Origin: Bacteroidota bacterium
GTDB lineage: Bacteria; Bacteroidota; Ignavibacteria; SZUA-365
Direction of reading: 5' to 3'
Assembly: GCA_034002405.1 (NCBI GenBank)
Contig: JAVFAS010000007.1
Span: 4,015-68,014 of the forward strand
Length of the DNA stretch: 64,000 nt
The position numbers and the translations under genes are program-made. The notes under the pieces were generated by a model. It searched no databases. It was not told the DNA's origin and saw only the letters and a list, made by a program, of their open reading frames with translations. Of the stretch, positions 20,152 through 29,061 are shown one piece after another. The first letter of the stretch is position 1; each line of letters opens with the position of its first letter.

Positions 20152-21447
20152 TTATAGCAACAGCGCTCCGATGAGCACCAGTCCCGTCAGCAGCACGATG
20201 CCGAAGCCCGGGAGCGTGTAGCGGCGGAGGGCCGCGGCGCCGAGCGTCCACGCGATGCTCGCCTTGACAACGGTATTCACCACCACGGCGATCAGGATGG
20301 CGATGGACGCCGTCGATTCGCTGATGGCGGATTTGGAGAGATTGGCCATCGAGAGCGTGATGGCATCGACATCGGTCAGTCCCGCGAGACCGGCCGCCAG
20401 AAACACACCGCCCGATCCGAGATAGACCTGCGCCGCCTTGGAGACAAAGATGATCAGCGCGAACACCAGTCCGAATTTGATCGCGGACATCAGCTCGAAC
20501 GGATTCTTCAGATCGACGTCGGTGGTGGCATCCTTGCGTTTGCCAAACAGCAGCAGCATGCTCGCGCCGACGCCACTGACGGTGAGAATGACCAGGTACG
20601 GCCAGATGTATGTCAACAGCGAGCGATTGACCACCGCGATTTCCACGAGGATGCGAGGGAACATGATCGAGCAGGCAAGCACGATCGCCGAGGCGAAGGT
20701 CTTGCCCAGTTCCGGCACTTCCCGGCTTTTCTGGGAGAACGACAGCGTGACCGCCGTACTCGAAACCAGTCCGCCCGTGATGCCCGTCAGCGTCAGACCC
20801 TTTTGCGAGCCGAGCACTTTCACCATCACATAGCCGAGGAAGCTGATCCCGGCGATGAGCACGACCATGTACCACACCTGCCGCGGATTGAGCACGTCAA
20901 GTGGTCCGAACGTGGTGTCGGGCAGGATCGGCAGGACGATGGCGGTGATGATCGCGAATTTCAGTGTCGCGTAGATATCCTCCGCCTGCACATGCGCGAC
21001 GAGGCGCTGCAGCGGCGCCTTCAGGGAGAGGAACAATGTCAGCACCACGCTGGTCGCGATCGCGACGGTGAAGAATTCGTGGAACACCAGAACGCCGAGC
21101 ACGAAGACCATGATGGCCGCGACCTCGCTGGTCGCGCCATGGAATCCCGTCCGCGCTTCGAGGAAATACGACACCACCACCATCGCGATAAAGCCCGCCG
21201 TCAACACACCCAGCAGCCAGGGTTGCACCGCTTGTCCCAGCAACGCCGACAGGAAGCCCAGCAGGGAGATGAGCGGAAACGTGCGGATGCCGGCGAACAG
21301 CTTTTGATGCTCTTCCTGCGATCGCTCGCGCTCGATGCCGACGAGCGCGCCGACCAGCAGGCTGATCGCCCCTTTCTGGAACAGCACCGCGAGGGTGATG
21401 TCGGGGAGCGTGGATTGCGCGAACGCGAGCATGGGATTCATGACCAC
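20152..21447 (-). CDS. MgtC/SapB family membrane protein with DUF4010-like C-terminal region
   Basis: VGALVGIERE motif near the N-terminus. About 10 TM segments. 431 aa. Confidence 0.65.
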   Translation of the reverse strand: MVMNPMLAFAQSTLPDITLAVLFQKGAISLLVGALVGIERERSQEEHQKLFAGIRTFPLISLLGFLSALLGQAVQPWLLGVLTAGFIAMVVVSYFLEARTGFHGATSEVAAIMVFVLGVLVFHEFFTVAIATSVVLTLFLSLKAPLQRLVAHVQAEDIYATLKFAIITAIVLPILPDTTFGPLDVLNPRQVWYMVVLIAGISFLGYVMVKVLGSQKGLTLTGITGGLVSSTAVTLSFSQKSREVPELGKTFASAIVLACSIMFPRILVEIAVVNRSLLTYIWPYLVILTVSGVGASMLLLFGKRKDATTDVDLKNPFELMSAIKFGLVFALIIFVSKAAQVYLGSGGVFLAAGLAGLTDVDAITLSMANLSKSAISESTASIAILIAVVVNTVVKASIAWTLGAAALRRYTLPGFGIVLLTGLVLIGALLL

Positions 21448-21635
21448 CTTGTCCGATGTTTGAATTGCCGCTCGGAAATATAGACAGCGGAAGAAACAGA
21501 TGAAATCATCCCGTCCGCGTCTTTGCCGTCACGCTCAAGCACGGCGCGTTCCGCATGGTGGACGAGGAACGCGGCGAGGAACTGTTCACCCGATGACGAT
21601 GGATGCTTGCATTCGAGAGGAAATTGCCGTAGCTT

Positions 21636-21659
21636 AATATCGACAAAACAGTCGATATT
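21636..21659 (+). promoter_or_regulatory. perfect palindrome AATATCGAC-AAAACA-GTCGATATT immediately upstream of the Rrf2 gene (candidate autoregulatory operator)
   Basis: Perfect 9-bp arms with a 6-bp AT-rich spacer. Ends 7 nt before the ATG at 21667. Confidence 0.6.
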
Positions 21660-21666
21660 AGGTGCC

Positions 21667-22119
21667 ATGTCCATCATCTTTTCCAGAGCATGTGAATACG
21701 GGATTCAGGCGACGTTGTACATCGCGACGCAGCCTGATCGCCGGGTGGGGATCAAGGAGATCGCGTCCGAGCTTTCGATCCCGGTCCATTTCCTCGCGAA
21801 AATCCTTCAGTCACTGAGCGAGAAAGGCGTGCTGACGTCCTTCAAGGGCGTGCACGGCGGCTTCACGCTGGAGCGATCGCCGTCGAAAATCCGCCTGATC
21901 GATGTGGTGCAGGCGATCGACGGACTCGATTTCTTCGAGCGCTGCGTGCTGGGATTTCCGGGCTGCGGCACGGGGAAACCGTGTCCGGTGCACGATCGCT
22001 GGGGCATGGTCCGCGACACCATCCGCGAGATGCTCTCCTCGGACAGCCTCGCCGACCTGCTTCCCGCCTCGCGCGAGAAGATCGCCGATGTTGTCCGCGA
22101 ATACATGAAACGCAACTGA
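21667..22119 (+). CDS. Rrf2 family transcriptional regulator (NsrR/IscR-like, three-Cys cluster ligands)
   Basis: N-terminal wHTH (ACEYGIQATLYIATQPDRRVGIKEIASELSIPVHFLAKILQSLSEKGVL). CVLGFPGCGTGKPCPV supplies three Cys in Rrf2 Fe-S spacing. Confidence 0.85.
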   Translation: MSIIFSRACEYGIQATLYIATQPDRRVGIKEIASELSIPVHFLAKILQSLSEKGVLTSFKGVHGGFTLERSPSKIRLIDVVQAIDGLDFFERCVLGFPGCGTGKPCPVHDRWGMVRDTIREMLSSDSLADLLPASREKIADVVREYMKRN

Positions 22120-22210
22120 ATGCAGTTCTCTTATTTCGGACATCTCGTGTTTTTTCCCGCGATGTCCGGGATCATCACCCGCTTCCCACGACGAACGAAA
22201 GTCCGCACCT

Positions 22211-23281
22211 ATGACAGAGAAGAAGCACATCGAGAAACGTCCGCCGAGCAACGGACAGCAGATCCGGTTCTGGATACAGTTCGCCTTCATCCTCCTCTGC
22301 CTCTGGATCGGGGTGGAATTCACGCTCTGGTTTTTCTGGCATGAAGGCAGCGGCGCGATCGCGCTCTCGCGTCCCCCGGGAGTCGAGGGGTTTCTCCCCA
22401 TTTCCGCGCTGATGAGTCTGTACTACCTGTTCCTGAGTGGGACGGTGCATCCCGTGCATCCGGCGGGACTGTTCATCCTCCTCGCCATCATCCTCATGTC
22501 GGTGCTGGTGAAAAAGTCATTCTGCAGCTGGCTCTGTCCGGTCGGGACGCTGTCGGAGAACATCGGGGAATTCGGAAAAAAGCTGTTCGGGAGAAATTTC
22601 GGTGTCTGGCGCTGGCTCGACTATCCCCTCCGCTCGCTCAAATATCTGATGCTCGCGTTTCTCGTCTGGGTGGTGTTTTTCGGAATGGACGTGTTCGCAC
22701 TCGAGCAGTTTCTGAGCAGTCCCTACAACAGAGTTGCGGATGTGAAAATGTTTCTTTTTTTTAAGGACATCTCGCAGTTCTCGCTCATCGTCCTCGGCAT
22801 TCTCGTCGCGCTGTCGCTGGTCATCCGGAATTTCTGGTGCCGCTATCTCTGTCCCTACGGCGCGCTGCTTGGATTGACGGGACTGCTGAGTCCGTTTCGC
22901 ATCACCCGCAACGAGGAATCATGCATCGACTGCGCGAAGTGCGCGAAAGTCTGTCCCAACCGCATCGCGGTCGACCGCGTGAAGGTCGTTATGTCGGACG
23001 AATGCACCTCCTGCATGGCCTGCGTGGAAGCGTGTCCCGTGCGCGACACGCTGCAGCTGAAGACATCCCGCAAATCGCGCTTCGAATTCAAACCGACCTG
23101 GGTGGCCGCCGCCGTGGCGGGCATCTTCCTGCTCGTCACGGGCCTGGCCATGCTCACCGGCAACTGGCACAGCAGCGTAACCGAGGAGGAGTTTTCGCGA
23201 CGGATCAAGGATATCAACAATCCGATTTACCAGCACAATCAGGGCAGCGCGCCGGCAGAGGACGCCTCCACGGGGATGTGA
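22211..23281 (+). CDS. membrane-bound 4Fe-4S ferredoxin-type protein (NapH/MauN family)
   Basis: TM helices with a CSWLCPVG motif. Two C-terminal CxxCxxCxxxCP clusters (CIDCAKCAKVCP, CTSCMACVEACP). Confidence 0.75.
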   Translation: MTEKKHIEKRPPSNGQQIRFWIQFAFILLCLWIGVEFTLWFFWHEGSGAIALSRPPGVEGFLPISALMSLYYLFLSGTVHPVHPAGLFILLAIILMSVLVKKSFCSWLCPVGTLSENIGEFGKKLFGRNFGVWRWLDYPLRSLKYLMLAFLVWVVFFGMDVFALEQFLSSPYNRVADVKMFLFFKDISQFSLIVLGILVALSLVIRNFWCRYLCPYGALLGLTGLLSPFRITRNEESCIDCAKCAKVCPNRIAVDRVKVVMSDECTSCMACVEACPVRDTLQLKTSRKSRFEFKPTWVAAAVAGIFLLVTGLAMLTGNWHSSVTEEEFSRRIKDINNPIYQHNQGSAPAEDASTGM

Positions 23282-23282
23282 G

Positions 23283-23404
23283 CTCTCCCCCCGGCCCCCT
23301 CTCCTGGAAGGAGAGGGGGAGGAAGAAAGCATTGGATACGACGCGGGGGAGATGACCTCTCCCCCCGGCCCCCCAGGGGGGAGGAAGAGCGCATTGGATA
23401 CACC
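23283..23404 (+). repeat. about 75-bp tandem duplication (1.6 copies); the first copy contains a palindromic hairpin
   Basis: CTCTCCCCCCGGCCCC...GGAGGAAGA(A/G)(A/C)GCATTGGATAC occurs twice in tandem. The second copy lacks the hairpin core. Confidence 0.6.
23295..23319 (+). terminator. perfect palindrome CCCCCTCTCC-TGGAA-GGAGAGGGGG (terminator-like; copy 1 of a repeated element)
   Basis: 14 nt after the NapH-like stop. A near-identical element occurs at 27000..27024. Confidence 0.55.
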
Positions 23405-23430
23405 ACTATCCACTATACAGGAGCACATGC

Positions 23431-24687
23431 ATGAAACGTCTCCCTCTGTTGATTCTTCTGGGCGCGCTGGCGGCGGGACCGTTGGCGGCGCAGAGTATCG
23501 AGTTTTCGGGACAGCTGCGCGAGCGCAGCGAATTCGATGACAAGAATTTTATCGAGGATCAGCATCACGATGTGTTTCACCTGCTCCGTATGCGGCTGAA
23601 GGCAACCGCGACGGTGAACGAGCAGGTGCGCGTGGTGGCGGAACTGCAGGATGCCCGCGGCTTCGGCGCGACACGGAGCACGATGAACGTGGGCGCACCT
23701 GAGTTCGATCTGCGGCAGGGCTATGTCGAGGTGAAGGGACTCGCGGACGGGTTGTTTGAATTCAGACTCGGCCGCCAGGCGCTGGCCTACGCCAACGAGC
23801 GTTTCATCGGCGCGATCGACTGGAGCTATCTCGGTCAGAGTTTCGACGCGGGCGTGCTGCGGATGAACGTGGGTGATTTCCGTCTCGACGCCATCGGCGC
23901 GGCCGTCGCGCGCCGTCCGGCGTCGCCCTACATCCGCGACCGCGTGCTCGCCGGCGCCTGGGCTGCGTGGGTGCCCGAAAAGGCGCGGTATACCGCGCAG
24001 GCGTTTTTCCTCTATGACAATCCCGAAGAAGCCACGTACACCTACAACAGCACTCAGAACCGCATGACCGCGGGGGTGTACGCCGGGGGACATCTCGGCC
24101 GTTTCGATTACGAAGTCGACGCCGCGATGCAGATGGGCGACCGGACGCTTGTTTCCGAATTCGCATCGCTGTCACAGGACATCAGCGCGAACATGGTCGG
24201 CGTGCGCCTCGGCTATTCCTTCCCCGACCTGGCGAAGCTGCGCATCGGCGCGGGCTATGACCGGCTTTCAGGAGTTGATCCCAAGGACGATACCAAATAC
24301 GGTGCCTTCCATACGCTGTACGGGACGAATCACAAGTATTACGGCTTCATGGATTTCTTCACGGATATCCCGTCGCACACCTCCGGGTTCGGACTGCAGG
24401 ATATCATCGCCCAGGTCAGTCTCGTTCCGGTCGAGGGCCTCATGCTCGGCGCCGATGTGCATCTGTTCAGCACGGTCACGGATCCAGCGGACGCCGGCAG
24501 CGTGTTCGCGGACAAGTCGACCGCGATCGGCACGGAAATCGACCTGACCGCGAAATTCGCCATCGCCAAGGCCGTGGGCATGACGCTCGGCTATTCGATG
24601 TTCTCGGGCGACGCCGACCGCGCGGTACGCTGGGGAAACACCGACACGGCGAACTGGGCCTACCTGATGGCCACGGTGAATTTCTGA
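23431..24687 (+). CDS. outer-membrane beta-barrel porin-like protein (alginate-export/DUF-porin-like), signal peptide
   Basis: Signal peptide LLILLGALAAGPLAAQ. Alternating amphipathic beta-strand pattern. C-terminal aromatic residue (ATVNF). Confidence 0.55.
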   Translation: MKRLPLLILLGALAAGPLAAQSIEFSGQLRERSEFDDKNFIEDQHHDVFHLLRMRLKATATVNEQVRVVAELQDARGFGATRSTMNVGAPEFDLRQGYVEVKGLADGLFEFRLGRQALAYANERFIGAIDWSYLGQSFDAGVLRMNVGDFRLDAIGAAVARRPASPYIRDRVLAGAWAAWVPEKARYTAQAFFLYDNPEEATYTYNSTQNRMTAGVYAGGHLGRFDYEVDAAMQMGDRTLVSEFASLSQDISANMVGVRLGYSFPDLAKLRIGAGYDRLSGVDPKDDTKYGAFHTLYGTNHKYYGFMDFFTDIPSHTSGFGLQDIIAQVSLVPVEGLMLGADVHLFSTVTDPADAGSVFADKSTAIGTEIDLTAKFAIAKAVGMTLGYSMFSGDADRAVRWGNTDTANWAYLMATVNF

Positions 24688-24748
24688 AAGGAATTCCGGA
24701 TCTGATATTCTTCTCAAGACAGACCGTTTCAGTCACGCAAGAGAAATC

Positions 24749-25348
24749 ATGAAACGTCTCATCCGCTTTTTCATTCCCCCGCCGCAGTGGCGCCTGCCGG
24801 TGATCCTGGTGCTGGGCATCCTCGGAGGGTTCGGCGCGTTCATCTTCTATGTATCGAACGCGGTTTCGTATCTCTCCGACGACCCGCGCACCTGTGTCAA
24901 CTGCCATGTCATGGCGCCGCAGTACGCTACCTGGCAACGCGGCAGCCACGGACGGGTGACCACCTGCAACGACTGCCATGTGCCGCAGGATAACTTCTTC
25001 CGCACCTACGCCTTCAAGGCGAGCGATGGCATGCGGCACGCCACGATGTTCACCCTGCGCCTCGAGCCGCAGGTCATCCAGATCAAGGAAGCCGGCGTCG
25101 CGGTGGTGCAGGAAAACTGCATCCGCTGCCACGAGGATCTCGTGCATAAGGTATCCTCGGGCAGCCTGACGGCGATGAACGCCCGCGCGGGCGAGGGACT
25201 GCTCTGCTGGGAGTGCCACCGCGAGGTGCCGCACGGCCGCGTCAACAGCCTCGCCTCCACCCCGTACGCACGCGTACCGCGGCTCGCGCCGGTCACGCCG
25301 GACTGGATCCGCGCGTACCTCGAGGAGCGCGGGGAGCGCGAGGAGTAG
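24749..25348 (+). CDS. nrfH: cytochrome c nitrite reductase quinol-oxidising small subunit NrfH (NapC/NirT tetrahaem)
   Basis: N-terminal TM anchor. Four CxxCH motifs (CVNCH, CNDCH, CIRCH, CWECH). 199 aa. Confidence 0.9.
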   Translation: MKRLIRFFIPPPQWRLPVILVLGILGGFGAFIFYVSNAVSYLSDDPRTCVNCHVMAPQYATWQRGSHGRVTTCNDCHVPQDNFFRTYAFKASDGMRHATMFTLRLEPQVIQIKEAGVAVVQENCIRCHEDLVHKVSSGSLTAMNARAGEGLLCWECHREVPHGRVNSLASTPYARVPRLAPVTPDWIRAYLEERGEREE

Positions 25349-25401
25349 GCGCGGACGCGGGGTCCCTGCCACGCGTGAGGATCGGTGGCATGGGCCATGT
25401 G

Positions 25402-25426
25402 GGCTTTTGGCTTTTGGCTTTTGGCC
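25402..25426 (+). repeat. (GGCTTTT)3 microsatellite followed by a GCCAAC duplication, in the 175-bp nrfH-nrfA spacer
   Basis: GGGCTTTTGGCTTTTGGCTTTTGGCC, read directly from the sequence. Confidence 0.6.
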
Positions 25427-25522
25427 AGCTGCCAACAGCCAACCGCCAGAGTAATTCGAAGCAACCGACTCAGCATCGTAAACGACAAAGACATCCGCAA
25501 TCCGTCAAGGAGAACAAACGCA

Positions 25523-26995
25523 ATGAAACGACGCATCATGGACATCGTGCAGGAGAAGCCCTGGCTGGGATGGACGATCTTCCTCGGCACCGTGATCATC
25601 GTCTTTTTGATCGGCCTGCTGGGCGCCTCGATCATCGAGCGCCGCGGCGAGGCCGACCTGCTCGTGCAGGCCAAGCCGATCAAGGAGTGGGAACCGCGCA
25701 ATGAAATCTGGGGCGCGAATTACCCCCGAGAGTACGAGACCTACACCCGCACCGCCGATGGCGACTTCCTCAGCAAGCATGGCGGCAACCAGATGATCGA
25801 TTACCTGGATAAATACCCGAATCTCGTGATTCTCTGGGCGGGCTATGCGTTCTCGCGCGACTACAATCAGGGGCGCGGGCATTACCATGCCATCGAGGAC
25901 ATCCGCCAGACGCTGCGCACGGACGTGCCGCAGCCCGCCACATGTTGGAGCTGCAAGAGCACCGACGTGCCGCGCGTAATGAACATCCGGGGGCCGGGTG
26001 CATTCTACAAGGATACCTGGACCAACCTCGGGTCCGAAATCGTCAACAACATCGGGTGCCAGGATTGCCACGACCCGAAGACCATGAACCTGCGCATCAC
26101 GCGTCCCGCCCTCATCGAAGCCTTCCAGCGCCAGGGCAAGGACATCAACCAGTCCACCCATCAGGAAATGCGCACGCTGGTCTGTGCGCAATGCCATGTC
26201 GAATACTATTTCAAGGGCAAGGAAGAGAAGTATCTCACGTTCCCGTGGGACAAGGGCTTCTCGGCCGACGACATGGAGAAATATTACGACGAAGTCTCGC
26301 CGCACACCGATTTCGTGCATGCGCTCAGCCGCACGCCGATTCTCAAGGCACAGCACCCCGATTACGAACTCTACATGACCGGCATTCACGCCAAGCGTGG
26401 TGTCTCCTGCGCCGATTGCCACATGCCGTACCGCAGCGAAGGCGGGGTGAAATTCACCAATCACAAGATCATGTCGCCGCTGCAGGACGTCGCCGGATCT
26501 TGCCAGGTCTGTCACCGCGAAAGCGAGGCCAACCTCATTCGTGACGTCTACGAGCGGCAGGACAAGATCGAAGAGCTGCGCATGCGCGCCGAAGGCGCGT
26601 TGGCCAAGGCCCACATCGAGGCGAAATTCGCCTGGGACAAGGGCGCGGCGGAGAAGGACATGGAGCCGGTGCTGACGCTGATCCGCCAGTCGCAGTGGCG
26701 TTGGGATTGGGTCGCCGCCGCCAACGGTCTCGGCTTCCACTCGCCGGTCGAAGCGGCGCGCACACTGGGCGCGTCGATCGAGAAAGCCGAGCAGGCCCGC
26801 CGCTTGCTCGTGCGCATCCTCGCCAAGCGCGGGTACACCGACGAGATTCCCCTCCCCGATATTTCGACCAAGGCGAAGGCACAAGCCTACATCGGTCTCG
26901 ATCCGGAGAAAATGAAGTCCGTCAAGGCGGAATTCGTCAAGAATGTCGTCCCCACCTGGGACGCCGCGGCGAAGGCACGCGAAGCGAAGTATTGA
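25523..26995 (+). CDS. nrfA: ammonia-forming cytochrome c552 nitrite reductase NrfA (pentahaem)
   Basis: AAGGAG Shine-Dalgarno. TM/signal anchor. CWSCK lysine-ligated active-site haem plus four CxxCH motifs (CQDCH, CAQCH, CADCH, CQVCH). 490 aa. Confidence 0.95.
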   Translation: MKRRIMDIVQEKPWLGWTIFLGTVIIVFLIGLLGASIIERRGEADLLVQAKPIKEWEPRNEIWGANYPREYETYTRTADGDFLSKHGGNQMIDYLDKYPNLVILWAGYAFSRDYNQGRGHYHAIEDIRQTLRTDVPQPATCWSCKSTDVPRVMNIRGPGAFYKDTWTNLGSEIVNNIGCQDCHDPKTMNLRITRPALIEAFQRQGKDINQSTHQEMRTLVCAQCHVEYYFKGKEEKYLTFPWDKGFSADDMEKYYDEVSPHTDFVHALSRTPILKAQHPDYELYMTGIHAKRGVSCADCHMPYRSEGGVKFTNHKIMSPLQDVAGSCQVCHRESEANLIRDVYERQDKIEELRMRAEGALAKAHIEAKFAWDKGAAEKDMEPVLTLIRQSQWRWDWVAAANGLGFHSPVEAARTLGASIEKAEQARRLLVRILAKRGYTDEIPLPDISTKAKAQAYIGLDPEKMKSVKAEFVKNVVPTWDAAAKAREAKY

Positions 26996-26999
26996 AATT

Positions 27000-27024
27000 C
27001 CCTCTCTCCTGAAAGGAGAGGGGG
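27000..27024 (+). terminator. palindrome CCCTCTCTCC-TGAAA-GGAGAGGGGG (copy 2 of the repeated hairpin element) 5 nt after the nrfA stop
   Basis: Differs from the copy at 23295 by one wobble position and one loop base. Flanked by similar GGAAG-rich sequence. Confidence 0.55.
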
Positions 27025-27039
27025 TCGGGAGGAAGGAAT

Positions 27040-27086
27040 AGACAAAGAAGGTCCCGCTGTGAGGCGGGACCTTCTTTGTTTGAGGG
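27040..27086. terminator. bidirectional rho-independent terminator (nrfA on plus, tRNA-His on minus)
   Basis: AAAGAAGGTCCCGC-TGTGA-GGCGGGACCTTCTTT with T/A runs on both sides. Confidence 0.7.
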
Positions 27087-27160
27087 GGTGAGCGACGGGG
27101 CTTGAACCCGCGACCCTCAGAGCCACAATCTGATGCTCTACCAACTGAGCTACGCTCACC
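27087..27160 (-). tRNA. tRNA-His (anticodon GTG) with encoded G-1
   Basis: Reverse complement folds as G(-1)-GTGAGCG / TAGCTCAGTTGGTAGAGC / TCAGA-TTGTGGC-TCTGA / GGGTC / GCGGG-TTCAAGC-CCCGT / CGCTCAC-C. G-1:C73 is the His signature. CCA is not encoded. Confidence 0.85.
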
Positions 27161-27273
27161 ATTTGGAGCATGGAAAGATACGCAATTCCTCGCGCACGCG
27201 CAATATGCCCCGCGCGTCCACACTTGCCTGCGTGCTTTTTTTTCCATACCTTGCATGACTTGGATCGTCCGCG

Positions 27274-27792
27274 ATGACTTCGAAGCAGAAACATATCCCC
27301 GTACGCCTCGCCGGACTCAGTGACGGCGTGCATGAGTTGCGCTTCGACGTCGCGCCCGCGGACATTGAATTGCCGGCGGAGTTTGGCGCGTCCGTCGATG
27401 TGCGTGTGGACGTCGACAAGACGCATCATCAAGTGGCCGTGCACGTGTTTGTTCGCACTACCGCGATGTATCCGTGCGACCGCTGTCTCGAGCCGGTGTC
27501 CATTGCTGTCGATACTGATTTTCGCATCGTCTTCGTGCATGATAATTCCGCCGACGGAATGGAAGACGATCGCGATATCCGCGCGATCGACACGGGCGAC
27601 CCGGTTGCGGATCTCGCCGACGATGTGCGCGAGGCCGCGCTGCTCTGCATCCCGATGCGCCGCGTATGCGGCGAGAATGAAGACGGCACGCCGCGCTGCG
27701 CGCGGGCCATCCCTGTCGAGCGAATCGCTGATGCATCACAGCGCGTGGATATGCGCTGGGAAACACTGAAATCGCTGAAATTCGATCAATAA
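27274..27792 (+). CDS. yceD: YceD/DUF177 family protein (large ribosomal RNA subunit accumulation protein)
   Basis: Conserved position upstream of rpmF-plsX. CxxC...CxxC metal-binding pairs (CDRCLEP, CGENEDGTPRC). Confidence 0.8.
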   Translation: MTSKQKHIPVRLAGLSDGVHELRFDVAPADIELPAEFGASVDVRVDVDKTHHQVAVHVFVRTTAMYPCDRCLEPVSIAVDTDFRIVFVHDNSADGMEDDRDIRAIDTGDPVADLADDVREAALLCIPMRRVCGENEDGTPRCARAIPVERIADASQRVDMRWETLKSLKFDQ

Positions 27793-27819
27793 ATACTGGA
27801 ACCGTTTTCGGAGACCGTC

Positions 27820-27999
27820 ATGCCCAATCCAACCCATCGTCATTCGAAGTCGCGTACCGCGAAGCGCCGCACGCATTACAAGGCGAAAGCCATGCCCACC
27901 GCCACGTGCGACAACTGCGGCGAAACCAAGCTGCAGCACCGCGTGTGCCCGAACTGCGGGTACTATAACGGACGTTCGATCATCACCCCGAAAGTCTGA
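27820..27999 (+). CDS. rpmF: 50S ribosomal protein L32
   Basis: MPNPTHRHSKSRTAKRRTHYKAKAMPTATCDNCGETKLQHRVCPNCGYYNGRSIITPKV, 59 aa. Not in the ORF track because it is under 60 aa. Confidence 0.9.
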   Translation: MPNPTHRHSKSRTAKRRTHYKAKAMPTATCDNCGETKLQHRVCPNCGYYNGRSIITPKV

Positions 28000-28038
28000 T
28001 CGCCGCCGCGTGCGCGGTAACGAATACAGGCGCCTGTC

Positions 28039-29043
28039 GTGATTACCATCGCCGTGGACGCAATGGGCGGGGATTTCGCCCCTGGCAATGTCGTGCAGGG
28101 GGCGCTTGACTGTGCCCGCGACCCACGCTGTGATTTCCAGATTCTCCTCGTGGGACAGGAAGCAGCCATCCGGGCCGTGCTCCCCTCAGACGTGCCCCCC
28201 AATGTCTCCATTCGTCATACCGATGATATCGTCGATATGAAGGATTCGGTCGCGTCGGCGCTCAAGACGAAGAAAAATTCGTCGATGTACCGCGCGTTGG
28301 AATGGCATCGCGACGGCGAGGTGCACGGATTCATCAGCGCGGGCAACACCGGCGCCGTGATGGCCCTTTCGACCTTGATCCTCGGCCGCCTGCCTGGCGT
28401 CGAACGTCCCTCGATCGGGACGTTCCTTCCATCACAACGGGGTCCGGTGCTCCTCATCGACGCCGGCGCCAACGTCGATTCGAAGCCGTCGCATCTCGCG
28501 CAGTTCGGCATCATGGGTAGTATTTACACAGATCTGATCATGAAGCGGCAGGCGCCGAAAGTCGGACTGCTCAACGTGGGCGAGGAAGAGAGCAAGGGGA
28601 ACGATGCCAGTATCGCGGCCTACCCGCTGCTGAAATCGGCACCGATCAATTTCATCGGGAATGTCGAGGGACGGGACATTCTCAAGGGAACCGCCGATGT
28701 GGTCGTCTGCGACGGCTTCACGGGCAATATCATTCTGAAATTCGCCGAGTCCTTCCCCGGACTGCTCAAGAGCAAATTCCTCGACTATGCCGCGCATGGT
28801 CTGATGAAGAAGCTCTGGGTCGGACTCATCGCCGGCACCTTCAAGGGCATGATCAAGGACTGGGATTACCAGGAATACGGGGGCGTGCCCCTGCTTGGCG
28901 TCAACGGCATCAGCATTATCGGACACGGCAGTTCCACGCCCCGCGCGATCATGAATATGATCTTCGCCGCGAAGGCCATGGTCGACCGTCGTGTCAATGA
29001 AACCATCCGCGAGGCCATGGCCTCGACGAAATCCACCACCTGA
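28039..29043 (+). CDS. plsX: phosphate acyltransferase PlsX
   Basis: MITIAVDAMGGDFAPGNVVQGA, the canonical PlsX N-terminus. Confidence 0.95.
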   Translation: MITIAVDAMGGDFAPGNVVQGALDCARDPRCDFQILLVGQEAAIRAVLPSDVPPNVSIRHTDDIVDMKDSVASALKTKKNSSMYRALEWHRDGEVHGFISAGNTGAVMALSTLILGRLPGVERPSIGTFLPSQRGPVLLIDAGANVDSKPSHLAQFGIMGSIYTDLIMKRQAPKVGLLNVGEEESKGNDASIAAYPLLKSAPINFIGNVEGRDILKGTADVVVCDGFTGNIILKFAESFPGLLKSKFLDYAAHGLMKKLWVGLIAGTFKGMIKDWDYQEYGGVPLLGVNGISIIGHGSSTPRAIMNMIFAAKAMVDRRVNETIREAMASTKSTT

Positions 29044-29061
29044 CATGGAACGGCAGTACGC

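Noticed and set aside
21667-22119. Assigning the Rrf2 regulator specifically as NsrR (NO-sensing)
   Set aside because: Three Cys ligands and the nitrogen-oxide gene context are suggestive, but IscR, NsrR and other Rrf2 members cannot be told apart from sequence alone here. Kept as the Rrf2 family.
23283-23404. Possible CRISPR or integron attC
   Set aside because: Only two tandem copies of about 75 bp with no unique spacers. The palindrome behaves like a terminator hairpin.
25505-27256. 583-aa minus-strand ORF antisense to nrfA, running through tRNA-His
   Set aside because: nrfA on the plus strand has five haem motifs including CWSCK. The antisense ORF is an artefact and would overlap a tRNA.
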